Below are positions 21,360-31,343 of a stretch of 62,710 nucleotides of DNA, one piece after another. Numbering within the stretch: the stretch's first letter is position 1; the number at the start of each line of letters is the position of its first letter. Position numbers and translations under genes: made by a program. Source of the DNA: Thermoanaerobaculum sp. (GTDB lineage: Bacteria > Acidobacteriota > Thermoanaerobaculia > Thermoanaerobaculales > Thermoanaerobaculaceae); NCBI GenBank assembly GCA_039793905.1, contig JBAMMG010000010.1:1-62710 (forward strand). The letters are read 5' to 3'. The notes under the pieces were generated by a model. It was given only the letters and a program-made list of their open reading frames with translations, did not search any database and was not told where the DNA came from.

Positions 21360-22646
21360 TTACGGGGCCAGCCTAAAGGTAAAGTGGTACTGGAACCCAC
21401 CGTGGCCAATGGCCAAAAGCACCGAGGATCGGAGGTAGTCGCGGGTGAGGACGTCGTTGACGTCTTCCAGGCTGCCCACGCGCTGGCCGTTGATGCCGAT
21501 GAGCACGTCTCCAGGCTGGAAACCCGCTTCGTCGGCTGGCGATCCGGAAACGACCTTCTGGATGACCACCCACCCTCGCCGCACGCCAAGCCGCAACCCC
21601 ACGTAGCGCAGGAGGAGCCTTTCCCCAAGGTCGCTGGGCGGCGTGGTCGCCCGCAGGGAAACCCGCCGCGAGCCCCCGCGTTCCCGCACCTCCAGCTCGA
21701 CCCGCTCCCCCGGGGCCACTTGCGCGAGCAGGGTGGCAAAGTCGTCGCGGGATCCGAAAGCGCGGCCGTTCCCCGAAAGCAACACGTCACCGGCCGCAAG
21801 CTTGCCGTCACCGGGGGAACCAGGGAACACGTCCACAACCCGCACCCCGACCCCCGAAGCACCCCGGCGGGCGGCCGGGAGGTCCTGGACAAAGACCCCC
21901 AGCCAAGCCGGCTGCACCCGGCCGTAGCGCATGAGGTCGGCCACCACCCGCCGCACCCTTTTGGCTGGAATGGCAAACCCGATCCCTTGGGCTTCCCCGA
22001 CGATGGCGGTGTTGATGCCGATGAGCCGCCCATCCAAATCCACCAGCGCCCCGCCAGAGTTGCCGGGGTTGATGGAGGCATCGGTTTGCAGAAAGTCGGT
22101 GTACACGCGGTTGGTGCGGGGGGAGGACACGGTTCGGTCGCGGGCCGACAAAACGCCTACGGTGACGGTATTTTCGAGTCCCAAGGGGTTGCCGATGGCA
22201 ATGACCGTTTCCCCAATCATGAGGTCGTCCTGTTCAGCCACGGGCAGAAACGGCAACCCCCGGGCGTTGACCCGCAACAGGGCCAGGTCCGAATCGGCGT
22301 CCGAGCCCACCACCTCGGCTTCCTCCTGCCTCCCGGAGGCGAAGCGCACGGAAATTTCCGCCGCGCCGGCAATGACATGCTCGTTGGTAACGATGAGGCC
22401 GTCGGGAGAAATGACGACCCCAGAGCCCAAAGATTGGGTCTCGTACTCTCGGGGCAGCGCGAACTCGGGAAACAGCTCGTCAAAAAGCGTGCGCCCTCGC
22501 AAACGCACCACCTGTTTGGCGGTAAGGTTCACCACGGCCGGCCGAACCTTTTCCACCACTTGCACCACCGGCGTGCGCCGCGCCGACTGGGCGGCCGCAA
22601 CGCTCGCCACCACCGTCAGGCAAACTGCCCACCGAACCTTGCCCAT
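21360..22646 (-). CDS. HtrA/DegP-family serine protease with two PDZ domains
   Basis: Signal peptide, GSGVV, TNEHV, SDLA and QTDASINPGNSGG. Start at ATG 22646 after GGAGG. Confidence 0.92.
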   Translation of the reverse strand: MGKVRWAVCLTVVASVAAAQSARRTPVVQVVEKVRPAVVNLTAKQVVRLRGRTLFDELFPEFALPREYETQSLGSGVVISPDGLIVTNEHVIAGAAEISVRFASGRQEEAEVVGSDADSDLALLRVNARGLPFLPVAEQDDLMIGETVIAIGNPLGLENTVTVGVLSARDRTVSSPRTNRVYTDFLQTDASINPGNSGGALVDLDGRLIGINTAIVGEAQGIGFAIPAKRVRRVVADLMRYGRVQPAWLGVFVQDLPAARRGASGVGVRVVDVFPGSPGDGKLAAGDVLLSGNGRAFGSRDDFATLLAQVAPGERVELEVRERGGSRRVSLRATTPPSDLGERLLLRYVGLRLGVRRGWVVIQKVVSGSPADEAGFQPGDVLIGINGQRVGSLEDVNDVLTRDYLRSSVLLAIGHGGFQYHFTFRLAP

Positions 22647-22715
22647 AAAACCTCCCGCCTCCAAAGCTTAAACCTTGGAACGCCGGAAGCGTACACTGCC
22701 CCCAGCGAGGTGCCT

Positions 22716-24347
22716 ATGGCCAAAAAGAGCGACACACCGCAAGGGATGGATCGCCGCGAACTGGCCAAGCTCCTGGGACTGGCGGTGGCTTCTGCCGCGG
22801 TCCCGGAGGCTTGGGCGCGAGGGGAGACAGCCAGCGAAGGCAACGACCCCAACAGCGGTTTCCCGTTTCTCGAGGCAAACACAGCCCAACTGCAACGGGC
22901 CTTTGCGAGCGGGGAGCTCACCTCCGAGCAGCTGTGCCAAGCCTACCTCGAACGTATCGCCGCCCTCGACCCGCTCCTCCGCTCGGTGATCGAAACCAAC
23001 CCTGACGCCCTCGCCATCGCCCGGGAACTGGACCGCGAACGCCGCAACAAGGGGCCGCGAGGGCCGCTCCACGGCATCCCGGTGCTGCTCAAAGACAACA
23101 TCGCCACCGCCGACCGCATGGAAACCACCGCCGGCTCCCTGGCCCTCGTGGGTCACAAGCCACCACAAGACGCCGCCCTGGTGACGCGCTTGCGCCAAGC
23201 TGGGGCAGTCATCCTGGGCAAAACGAACCTTTCCGAGTGGGCCAACTTCCGCTCCACCCGCTCCAGCTCCGGATGGAGCGGGCGCGGGGGGCAGTGCCGC
23301 AACCCTTACGTCCTGGACCGCAACCCCTGCGGCTCCTCCTCGGGCACGGGAGCGGCAATTTCCGCCAACTTCGCGGTCCTGGGCGTGGGCACAGAAACGG
23401 ACGGCTCCATCGTGTGCCCTTCCAACGCCTGCGGCCTCGTTGGCGTCAAACCGACCTTGGGTCTGGTGAGCCGTTCCGGAATCGTGCCCATTGCCGCCTC
23501 CCAGGACACCGCCGGCCCCATGACCCGAACCGTGGCCGACGCCGCGGTGCTCTTGGGGGTCATCGCTGGCCCCGATCCCGAGGATCCCGCCACCGCCCGC
23601 GCCCCCCGGGAGGCCGACTACACTCGGTTTCTGCGGCCGGAGGCCCTCAAGGGCGCGCGCATTGGCGTGGCCCGGGCTAAAGTCACCGGGTACCACCCGC
23701 AGGTGGATAAGGCTTTCGAGCAGGCCCTCCTCGTCCTCAAAGACGCCGGCGCCCAGCTCCTGGACCCCTTGGACATCCCCCATTTGGGGGCTTATGACGA
23801 GGCCGAGTTCGAGGTGTTGCTGTACGAGTTCAAGTGGCAGCTCAAGGCCTATCTCGAGTCGTGGGCCCCCACCTGCCCGTACCGCGACCTGGCTGGGCTT
23901 GTCAGGTTCAACGAGGAACACAAAGACCAGGAAATGCCGTTCTTCGGCCAGGAGATCTTCGAGATGGCGGCCAAGAAAGGACCCCTTACCGACCGCGCCT
24001 ATGGCAAGGCCAAAGAAACCTGCCGCAAGCTAGCCCGCGACAGGGGTCTGGCGGCCGTTTTTGCCAAGCACCGCGTGGATGCCCTGGTGGCCCCCACGGG
24101 CGGCCCAGCATGGGTCACGGACCTGGTGAACGGCGACCACTTCCTGGGCGGCAGCTCTACGCCGGCGGCGGTTGCGGGTTACCCCAGCGTCACCGTGCCC
24201 ATGGCGTTCATTCACGACTTGCCCGTGGGCTTGAGCTTCATAGGCCAGCCCTGGGATGAGGGCAAGCTCCTGGGCCTCGCCTTCGCCTTCGAGCACGCCA
24301 CCGGGGTTCGCAAGCCCCCGCGCTTTTTGCCAACGTTACGCACCTGA
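22716..24347 (+). CDS. Amidase-signature family hydrolase with twin-arginine signal peptide
   Basis: LLKDNI, GKTNLSEWANFRS, CGSSSG and GTETDGSI; N-terminal DRRELAKLL...AWA. Start at ATG 22716 after GAGG. Confidence 0.9.
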   Translation: MAKKSDTPQGMDRRELAKLLGLAVASAAVPEAWARGETASEGNDPNSGFPFLEANTAQLQRAFASGELTSEQLCQAYLERIAALDPLLRSVIETNPDALAIARELDRERRNKGPRGPLHGIPVLLKDNIATADRMETTAGSLALVGHKPPQDAALVTRLRQAGAVILGKTNLSEWANFRSTRSSSGWSGRGGQCRNPYVLDRNPCGSSSGTGAAISANFAVLGVGTETDGSIVCPSNACGLVGVKPTLGLVSRSGIVPIAASQDTAGPMTRTVADAAVLLGVIAGPDPEDPATARAPREADYTRFLRPEALKGARIGVARAKVTGYHPQVDKAFEQALLVLKDAGAQLLDPLDIPHLGAYDEAEFEVLLYEFKWQLKAYLESWAPTCPYRDLAGLVRFNEEHKDQEMPFFGQEIFEMAAKKGPLTDRAYGKAKETCRKLARDRGLAAVFAKHRVDALVAPTGGPAWVTDLVNGDHFLGGSSTPAAVAGYPSVTVPMAFIHDLPVGLSFIGQPWDEGKLLGLAFAFEHATGVRKPPRFLPTLRT

Positions 24348-25733
24348 GCCGATGCGGTGGTGGCGAATGGAGTTGGCGTAAAAGGCGAGGAGGGGTTTGC
24401 CGTCCTCGGTGAAAACAAGCTCGTCGCCTTCCAGGTGCACGAGGCTCCGTCCCAGGGCCAGGCGCAGGGCAAACCGGTAGAGTTCGCCAGGCTCCAGCTC
24501 CGGCACCAGGAGGCCGGCGCTGGCGTAGGCCTGAGCCAGCTCCCCAAACCGCCGGCGCAGGGCCGCGTGGCTTGCGCGCCCGCCCTCTTCCAGCTCCAAG
24601 CCCGCCTGGGTAAAAACCGGCAGAGGGGTAGCGGGGACCACGGCCGCCACGGCTTTCCAAAGCGTGTTGCCGATGGCCGCTACGGCGTCGCGAAAGGCCT
24701 CGGGTGAAAGGGTGCGTAGCTCGCCGGTCTGGGCCAAAAGGGCCCGCGCCGAAACGGGCACCCCGAAGTTGACCGCCGCATAACCAAAACGGTGCGCGCG
24801 GCCGGTGAGCCAGCGCCAAAAAAGCCTCACTAGCCAGGACGCCACCTCCTGGGCGCCGCGCCCCAGGGAGGGCTCCCTCGCCTGGACGTGGGTGCGATCC
24901 TCGAAAACGCGATCGTAGTTGATCCCCACGGGGATGAACACGAGGTCTCGCGGGCCTTGGGGGTCGAAACGCCGCAAGAGGTACGACAAGAGTCCCAGCT
25001 TGGGAGGCTGGAGGGCACCGTCCCTGGTGAGCCGCCCCTCGGGAAAAACACCTTGGGTAATGCCAGCATCCGCTGCCAGCTGCACGTACCGCTCCAGGAC
25101 TTTGCGGTACAGGGGGTCGGCGGTGTTGCGGCGCACGAAGTACCCCCCGAGGCGGCGGATGAGGGTATCCAGAGGCCAGACCTTCGCCCACTCCCCAACG
25201 GCGTAGGAAACCGCTGCATGGCGGGAAACCAGGTACGCCACCAAAAGGTAGTCCACGTTTGACCGGTGGTTCGCCAAAAAAACCACGCTGTCTTCAGGGT
25301 TTACCGCAGCAAAAGCGTTTTTGTCGGCAAAGGCGACCCTTACCCGGTAAATGGCCCGCAGGAAACGCCGGGCCAGGGCGTACCCCCAGCGGTAGTAGAG
25401 GTACACGTTAAAAGTCGGCACGATTTCCCGAGCGTAGCTTGCGAGGATGTCTTCCACTTCCGGCCAGGAAAGGCCATGCTCCTGCCGGTACCGCTCGGCG
25501 GCGCTCAAAACCTCGGGGTCGTGGGTGAGCATGTGCTCCACCGCCCGCTTTTTGGCGAGCTTCAAAGGATGCAAGCGCAGGGCCAAGCGGGCGTTGAGCT
25601 CTTCCACGAGAGCTCGAACCCGCCGCCGCAGCACCACCCGCAGGCCGGGCACCAACAGGCGCTCCACCAGCGCCACCGCCGCCAGAAAGGCGAGGAGGAA
25701 GAACAGCCACAGGGGGAGGCGGACCTCGGGCAT
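24336..25733 (-). CDS. Glycerol-3-phosphate O-acyltransferase-like (PlsB/PlsC superfamily)
   Basis: NHRSNVD (HX4D), GGYFVRR and FPEGRLTRDG; N-terminal TM. Start at ATG 25733. Confidence 0.82.
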   Translation of the reverse strand: MPEVRLPLWLFFLLAFLAAVALVERLLVPGLRVVLRRRVRALVEELNARLALRLHPLKLAKKRAVEHMLTHDPEVLSAAERYRQEHGLSWPEVEDILASYAREIVPTFNVYLYYRWGYALARRFLRAIYRVRVAFADKNAFAAVNPEDSVVFLANHRSNVDYLLVAYLVSRHAAVSYAVGEWAKVWPLDTLIRRLGGYFVRRNTADPLYRKVLERYVQLAADAGITQGVFPEGRLTRDGALQPPKLGLLSYLLRRFDPQGPRDLVFIPVGINYDRVFEDRTHVQAREPSLGRGAQEVASWLVRLFWRWLTGRAHRFGYAAVNFGVPVSARALLAQTGELRTLSPEAFRDAVAAIGNTLWKAVAAVVPATPLPVFTQAGLELEEGGRASHAALRRRFGELAQAYASAGLLVPELEPGELYRFALRLALGRSLVHLEGDELVFTEDGKPLLAFYANSIRHHRIGSGA

Positions 25734-25744
25734 GACTTGGGTCC

Positions 25745-25764
25745 AGTATAACGGCCGGTAGAAT
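25745..25764. promoter_or_regulatory. Back-to-back -10 elements (bidirectional promoter)
   Basis: TATACT on the minus strand (25745-25750) and TAGAAT on the plus strand (25759-25764) in a 37-nt divergent gap. Confidence 0.55.
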
Positions 25765-25770
25765 GCCGCC

Positions 25771-26388
25771 GTGGGAAAGACCCAAAGGTACCTGGAGCTG
25801 TCCTTGGTGCTGGCCCTGGGCACCGCCAACGTGCTTTCGGAGCTTGCCGGCAAGGGCAAACTTACGGTGGTGGTGGGCGGTGTGGTGGCCTGGAGCCTGG
25901 TTTTGGTGCGCCGGCAGAAACGGGCGCCTGGGTTTCTGGCGCGAGCTTTGGCCTTGCCCCAACGGTGGGATGGAAACCTCGCCCTCCTCGCCGGTGGGAC
26001 CGTGGCAGGGGTGGGAGCGTGTGCGGCCATCGGAGCTCTCAACGGCAAGCTTTCGTGGGACGTGTCCCACTGGCTCATGCTGGGTTTGTACCCCCTTTGG
26101 GGTTTGGCCCAGCAGTTCCTGCTTCAAGAGGTGTTGGCCTGCCACCTGCGGGCGTTTCTCCCACGAATCGCCCTCCCGTTGGCGGCTGGCCTGTTCGCCC
26201 TCGCCCATGCGCCCGCATGGGGGGTGGCGGCGGCGGTTTTGCCGGCAGCCCTCTTCTGGTTATGGCTTTACCCCAGGGTCGGGTCCCTGCCACCGTTCGC
26301 CGTGGCCCACGGGTTCGTGGGGACGGCCTTTTTCGCGTGGGTCGAGGGGCGCAGCTTCGCCCAGGCTCTGGCCCTCACCTGGAGCTAA
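25771..26388 (+). CDS. CPBP/Abi (CAAX protease-like) membrane protein, divergent
   Basis: Multi-TM; LFALAH and VAHGF motifs; QQFLLQ at the usual EExxxR position. Confidence 0.6.
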   Translation: MGKTQRYLELSLVLALGTANVLSELAGKGKLTVVVGGVVAWSLVLVRRQKRAPGFLARALALPQRWDGNLALLAGGTVAGVGACAAIGALNGKLSWDVSHWLMLGLYPLWGLAQQFLLQEVLACHLRAFLPRIALPLAAGLFALAHAPAWGVAAAVLPAALFWLWLYPRVGSLPPFAVAHGFVGTAFFAWVEGRSFAQALALTWS

Positions 26389-29000
26389 ACCGCGTCCCCC
26401 ACCGGCTCCGCCTCCAACAGCGGCTCGAGCACGAGGGTTCCGTTTTGGACCGTCACCAGCACCGTGTCCCCCTCGTGAACCTGTCCGGCCAGGATCATGC
26501 GCGCCAGGGGGTCCTGGACGAGCCTCTGAATCGTGCGCTTGAGGGGGCGCGCGCCAAACTCGGGGTCGTACCCTTCGCGGGCGAGGTACTCGAGGGCCGC
26601 ATCGTCAGGCTGGAGCTGGATGCGGCGGTCGGCCAAGAGCGCGTTGAGGCGCCCGAGCTGGATGCGCACGATGTCCCGCAGGTGCTCGAGGGTGAGCTTG
26701 TGGAACACCAACACCTCGTCAATGCGGTTCAAAAACTCCGGGCGGAAGGTGCGCTTGAGCTCCGCCTCCACCGCCGCCAGCATGCGCTCCCGCTCGCTCT
26801 CGGCGAAGTTGCCGATGATGTGCGAGGCGATGTTGGAGGTCATGATGATGACCGTGTTGCGGAAATCCACGGTGCGGCCCTTGCCGTCGGTGAGGCGGCC
26901 ATCGTCGAGGATTTGCAGAAGGACGTTGAACACGTCGGGATGGGCCTTTTCCACCTCGTCGAAAAGAACCACCGAATACGGCCGGCGCCGCACTGCTTCC
27001 GTAAGTTGACCACCCTCCTCGAAGCCCACGTACCCCGGGGGCGCGCCAATCATGCGGGCCACCGAGTGTTTTTCCATGTACTCGGACATGTCCAGCCGCA
27101 CCATGGCCCGCTCGTCGTCGAAGAGGAACTCAGCCAAGGCGCGGGCAAGCTCGGTTTTGCCGACCCCGGTGGGACCCAGGAACAGGAAGGAGCCTACCGG
27201 GCGGTTGGGGTCTTTGAGGCCGGCCCGGGCCCGCCGCACGGCTTCCGACACGGCCCGGATCGCGTCGTCCTGGCCCACCACCCGCTGTCTGAGGCGCTCC
27301 TCCATGGCCAACAGCTTGGCCTTCTCGCTTTCCAAGAGCTTGGCCACGGGAATCCCGGTCCATCGTGCCACCACCTGCGCCACGGCTTCCTCCGTGACCT
27401 CTTCGGCGAGGAAGGTGCCGTGGGTTTGCTGGTGGGCCTTGAGATCGTCGGAGGCCCGGGCCAACTCCCGCTCGGCGGCCGGGATTTCCCCGTAGCGGAG
27501 CTGCGCCGCCCGCTCCAAGTCGCCCTCGCGCTCCGCCCGGTCGGCGGCCTCGCGAAGGTTCTCGAGTCGCTCTTTGAGCTCCCGAATGCGGGTAATGAGC
27601 TGCTTTTCCCGCTGCCACGAGGCCTTTTGGGCAGCGATCTTTTCCGAAAGCTCGGCAATTGCAGCTTGTACCTGGGCCAGCCGCTCTTTGGCTTGGGGGT
27701 CGCTCTCCTTGGCTAAGGCGCGCTTTTCGATTTCGAGCTTCAAAAGAGCCCTCTCGTTTTGGTCAATTTCCGTGGGCAGAGAGTCGATTTCGATGCGCAG
27801 GCGTGAGGCCGCCTCGTCAATGAGGTCAATGGCCTTGTCGGGAAGGAAGCGGTCGGTGATGTAGCGGTGGGAAAGCTGGGCGGCCGCCACTAAGGCGGCA
27901 TCGGTGATGCGGACGCCGTGATGCACCTCGTACCGCTCCTTGAGACCCCGAAGGATGGCAATGGTTTCTTCAACCGTGGGCTCGCCCACCAACACCGGCT
28001 GGAACCGACGTTCCAAAGCCGCGTCCTTTTCGATGTACTTGCGGTACTCGGCAAGGGTCGTGGCACCGATGCAGCGCAGCTCCCCTCGGGCCAAGGCGGG
28101 CTTCAAGAGGTTGGCCGCGTCCATGGCGCCCTCGGCGGCACCGGCCCCCACGAGTGTGTGGATTTCGTCAATGAAGAGGATGACCTCGCCTTGGGAGTCC
28201 ACCACTTCCTTGATGACGGCCTTGAGGCGATCCTCGAACTCCCCCCGGTACTTGGTGCCGGCAATGAGGGCGCCCATATCAAGGGCCACGATGCGGCGGT
28301 TTTTGAGGACTTCCGGCACATCGCCGGTGGCTATGCGCTGGGCGAGACCCTCGGCAATGGCGGTCTTGCCCACCCCCGGCTCGCCCAAGAGTACCGGGTT
28401 GTTCTTGGTCCGACGCGTAAGCACCTGCATGACCCTTCGGATTTCCTCGTCCCGGCCAATGACCGGATCGAGCTTGCCGGCCCGCGCCAACTCCGTGAGG
28501 TCGCGGGCGTACTGCTTGAGGGCCTCGTACTTGGCTTCTGGATTGTCGTCGGTGACGCGGTGGGACCCCCGCACCTCTTGCAGGGCCGAAACGAGCGTGT
28601 CCTTGGTGACCCCGTAACGGACCAGGATTTCCTGAGCCGATGTGCCCTTCACCAGGGTGAGGGCCAAGAGCAGGTGCTCCACCGAGACGAACTGGTCTTG
28701 GAACTGCGGCGCAAGTTTGGCTGCCGTTTCCATGACCTGACGAAAGTCCCGGGAAAGCTGGGGCTCGGCTCCCCCCTCAACGCGCGGCAAGCGGTCGAGG
28801 TCCCTCTTGGCCTCGGCGGCAAGGGCGGGCAAGGGCGCCCCTACTTTAGCCACCAGCCGCGGCGCCAGGCCCTCTTCTTGCTCCAAGAGGCTGACCAAGA
28901 GGTGCGTCGGGATCACCTCCGGGTTGCCGCGGCTACGGGCGAGGTTGAAGGTTTCCTGCAAGGCCTCTTGGGCCTTGATCGTGTAGTTGGTCGTTGCCAT
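26385..29000 (-). CDS. clpB: Chaperone ClpB
   Basis: Two AAA+ modules ([16 protein letters not shown]), KYRGEFE, middle coiled coil and GYVGFEEGG. Confidence 0.98.
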   Translation of the reverse strand: MATTNYTIKAQEALQETFNLARSRGNPEVIPTHLLVSLLEQEEGLAPRLVAKVGAPLPALAAEAKRDLDRLPRVEGGAEPQLSRDFRQVMETAAKLAPQFQDQFVSVEHLLLALTLVKGTSAQEILVRYGVTKDTLVSALQEVRGSHRVTDDNPEAKYEALKQYARDLTELARAGKLDPVIGRDEEIRRVMQVLTRRTKNNPVLLGEPGVGKTAIAEGLAQRIATGDVPEVLKNRRIVALDMGALIAGTKYRGEFEDRLKAVIKEVVDSQGEVILFIDEIHTLVGAGAAEGAMDAANLLKPALARGELRCIGATTLAEYRKYIEKDAALERRFQPVLVGEPTVEETIAILRGLKERYEVHHGVRITDAALVAAAQLSHRYITDRFLPDKAIDLIDEAASRLRIEIDSLPTEIDQNERALLKLEIEKRALAKESDPQAKERLAQVQAAIAELSEKIAAQKASWQREKQLITRIRELKERLENLREAADRAEREGDLERAAQLRYGEIPAAERELARASDDLKAHQQTHGTFLAEEVTEEAVAQVVARWTGIPVAKLLESEKAKLLAMEERLRQRVVGQDDAIRAVSEAVRRARAGLKDPNRPVGSFLFLGPTGVGKTELARALAEFLFDDERAMVRLDMSEYMEKHSVARMIGAPPGYVGFEEGGQLTEAVRRRPYSVVLFDEVEKAHPDVFNVLLQILDDGRLTDGKGRTVDFRNTVIIMTSNIASHIIGNFAESERERMLAAVEAELKRTFRPEFLNRIDEVLVFHKLTLEHLRDIVRIQLGRLNALLADRRIQLQPDDAALEYLAREGYDPEFGARPLKRTIQRLVQDPLARMILAGQVHEGDTVLVTVQNGTLVLEPLLEAEPVGDAV

Positions 29001-29036
29001 GGTCTTCTCCTTGGAGCCCCTTCCGGCTCCAACCTC

Positions 29037-29065
29037 AATTTAGAACCTGCGCGGGTTATTGTCAA
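29037..29065 (-). promoter_or_regulatory. sigma70 promoter of clpB
   Basis: TTGACA-17 nt-TAAATT, 36 nt upstream of the ATG. Confidence 0.75.
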
Positions 29066-29243
29066 GGTTCATCGCAATTCTGGCGAAAGGGTCTATGCAT
29101 GATGTGCTCAATTCTGTTGGACTCTCCACGGGCTCACCACCAACCACCTTGACCTTTCGCCGCCGGCTTCCTGTAGAATGCCGCGACGATACAACCGCCA
29201 CGGACACCTGCGGGAAGGCTGTGGCGAGAAAGGGAGGCGTGAG

Positions 29244-31301
29244 ATGAGCGAGAAGCGCTTCACCCCGTTCGTGCCCGCCCACGTGACCATGCCCGAGTTC
29301 ACCGGGCGGGCGTTGCTTTTGGGCCTGTTCATGAGCGTGATCCTGGGGGCCGCCAACGCCTACCTGGGGCTCAAGGCGGGCATGACCATTGCCGCCACCT
29401 ACCCGGCGGCGGTCATTTCCATGGCCGTGCTGCGCCTCGTGCGGGGTTCCCTCCTCGAGGAGAACTTCGCCCGAACCGTGGGCTCCATTGGCGAGTCCGT
29501 GGCGGCGGGGGCCATCTTCACCATCCCAGCGTTCGTGATCCTCGGCATCTGGCCCTTCAACACCGTCAAGGACTACGTCCTCGCCAGCTCCCTCATGATC
29601 GTGGGTGGGATCCTGGGGATCCTGTTCGTGACCATGCTCCGGCGCGTCATGGTGGAGGACCCCGAGCTTCCCTTCCCGGAATCGGTGGCGGCGGCGGAAA
29701 TCCACAAGGCCGGGCAGCGGGGTGCGGAAGCAGCAGTGCAGCTCTTCAAGGCCATGGGCGTGGGCGCGCTCGTCAAGTTCCTCGGCGATTTCGGGGTCTT
29801 CCGGGCCTCCAACGACTTTTTCCTGAAGGTGGGCGAGGTCGGCAAGAGCTTGGTGCGCCTGGGGTTCCAAAAGGACGCCTACGCCGTGAAGGGCCTCGGC
29901 GGCGTGTCCACGATTTCGGCGCCGGCGGTGAGCCCCGCCTACATGGGCGTGGGGTACATCATTGGACCTACTTTGGCTTCCCTCAACTTCGCCGGCGGTC
30001 TTTTGGCATGGGGGCTTTTCGTGCCGCTTTTGGTGTTTTTCCTCGGGCCTTCCATGATGGACGGTTTTGCTGCCTCCGTGGGGGTGGCCCCTGGTAGTGA
30101 GCAAGCGTGGGCGCTTTTAGCCGACCGCCTGTGGAAATTCATCGTTCGCCCCATTGCCGTGGGCGGGATGCTCGTGGGCGCCGGGTACACACTCTACCGC
30201 ATGCGGGCCAACCTCAAAGCCGGCTTGGCGCGCTCGGTTTCCGACCTCAAGAAGTCGGCGCAAGCGGCGGACACCACGGAAAGAACCGACAAAGACTTGA
30301 ACTTCAAAGTGGTGCTCTTTGGGGTTGCCGCCGTTTTCGTGCTCATGGTGATCCTCTACAACTATTTCGCTGGAAAGCTCGGGGGCGCCATGGCCGCGGC
30401 GGCGGTGATGCTGGTCACGGGCTTCTTCTTTGCCGCCGTGTCCGGCAACCTGGTGGGGATGATCGGCTCCTCCAACAACCCCGTTTCCGGCCTCACCCTC
30501 GCCACCCTCATCGTGGCGGCCCTCACCATGGTGATCGTGGGGGTTTCGGGGATGCAGGGGGTCGCCGCGGTGTTGGGGGTGGCCAGCGTGGTGTGCGTGG
30601 CTGCAGCCGTGGCTGGTGAGATGTTGCAGGATTTGAAGGTGGGGCACATCCTCGGCGGCACGCCCTGGAAGATGCAGGTGGGTGACCTCATGGGCGTGGT
30701 TGTCGCCGGCCTTCTCCTGTTCTTCCCCCTTTACCTCCTTCACTTTTACAACATCAAGCAAGGCGGCACCGGCTTTGGGGACAAGGCTCTGGCCGCCCCC
30801 CAAGCGGGCCTCATGGCTACCCTTTCCCAGGGCATCGTGGGCGGCGAGATGGCGTGGCCGCTGGTCATCGTGGGGATCGTCATGGGGTTCGCCCTCATCC
30901 TCGTCAAGGTCAAAAGCCCTATGCTTTTTGCCGTGGGCATGTACCTTCCCCTGGAAACCACCTTTGCCATCTTCATTGGGGGCATCGTTCGGGCCATCGT
31001 GGACCGCATGGTGGCCAACCGCGGCTACAACGAGGCCCAGAAGGCCCGAGTGGAAAACGCTGGGGTTTTGGCCGCTTCCGGTTTGATTGCGGGCGAGGCG
31101 CTCATGGGTCTCGTGGTGGCGGCGGTGGTGTTCTTCCGGGACAAAGCCTTTTACAACTTGGCTGAGTGGATCCCCTCTTGGCACCCTCCGGGGCTTTTGG
31201 CCCTGGTTTTCGCCCTGGCCATTGCCGCGTACCTCGTGTTCGTGCCCTTGCGCAAAGCCGGCGCCGCCGACGAGCCGGCGCCGCCAACGGCCGTCATGTA
31301 A
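29244..31301 (+). CDS. OPT-family oligopeptide transporter
   Basis: YLGLKAG, FPESVAAAE, GSSNNPVSG, LQDLKVGH and APQAGLM. Start at ATG 29244 after GGGAGG. Confidence 0.93.
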   Translation: MSEKRFTPFVPAHVTMPEFTGRALLLGLFMSVILGAANAYLGLKAGMTIAATYPAAVISMAVLRLVRGSLLEENFARTVGSIGESVAAGAIFTIPAFVILGIWPFNTVKDYVLASSLMIVGGILGILFVTMLRRVMVEDPELPFPESVAAAEIHKAGQRGAEAAVQLFKAMGVGALVKFLGDFGVFRASNDFFLKVGEVGKSLVRLGFQKDAYAVKGLGGVSTISAPAVSPAYMGVGYIIGPTLASLNFAGGLLAWGLFVPLLVFFLGPSMMDGFAASVGVAPGSEQAWALLADRLWKFIVRPIAVGGMLVGAGYTLYRMRANLKAGLARSVSDLKKSAQAADTTERTDKDLNFKVVLFGVAAVFVLMVILYNYFAGKLGGAMAAAAVMLVTGFFFAAVSGNLVGMIGSSNNPVSGLTLATLIVAALTMVIVGVSGMQGVAAVLGVASVVCVAAAVAGEMLQDLKVGHILGGTPWKMQVGDLMGVVVAGLLLFFPLYLLHFYNIKQGGTGFGDKALAAPQAGLMATLSQGIVGGEMAWPLVIVGIVMGFALILVKVKSPMLFAVGMYLPLETTFAIFIGGIVRAIVDRMVANRGYNEAQKARVENAGVLAASGLIAGEALMGLVVAAVVFFRDKAFYNLAEWIPSWHPPGLLALVFALAIAAYLVFVPLRKAGAADEPAPPTAVM

Positions 31302-31312
31302 CAACTCGTGCC

Positions 31313-31339
31313 GGGGGGCAGCCACGGCTGCCCCCCTTT
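31313..31339 (+). terminator. Probable intrinsic terminator after the OPT gene
   Basis: GGGGGGCAGC-CACG-GCTGCCCCCC 10-bp stem followed by TTT (short U tract). Confidence 0.6.
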
Positions 31340-31343
31340 GGCC

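Noticed and set aside
20544-22715. Apparent 1267-aa fusion ORF ending in the amidase
   Set aside because: The N-terminal part is antisense to rsgA and htrA. The real gene starts at 22716 with an SD and a Tat signal.
29066-29243. CIRCE/HAIR box or riboswitch in the clpB-OPT intergenic region
   Set aside because: Only half-site-like matches. TTGACC and TAGAAT are 19 nt apart, so even the OPT promoter call is weak, and no aptamer motif was recognised.
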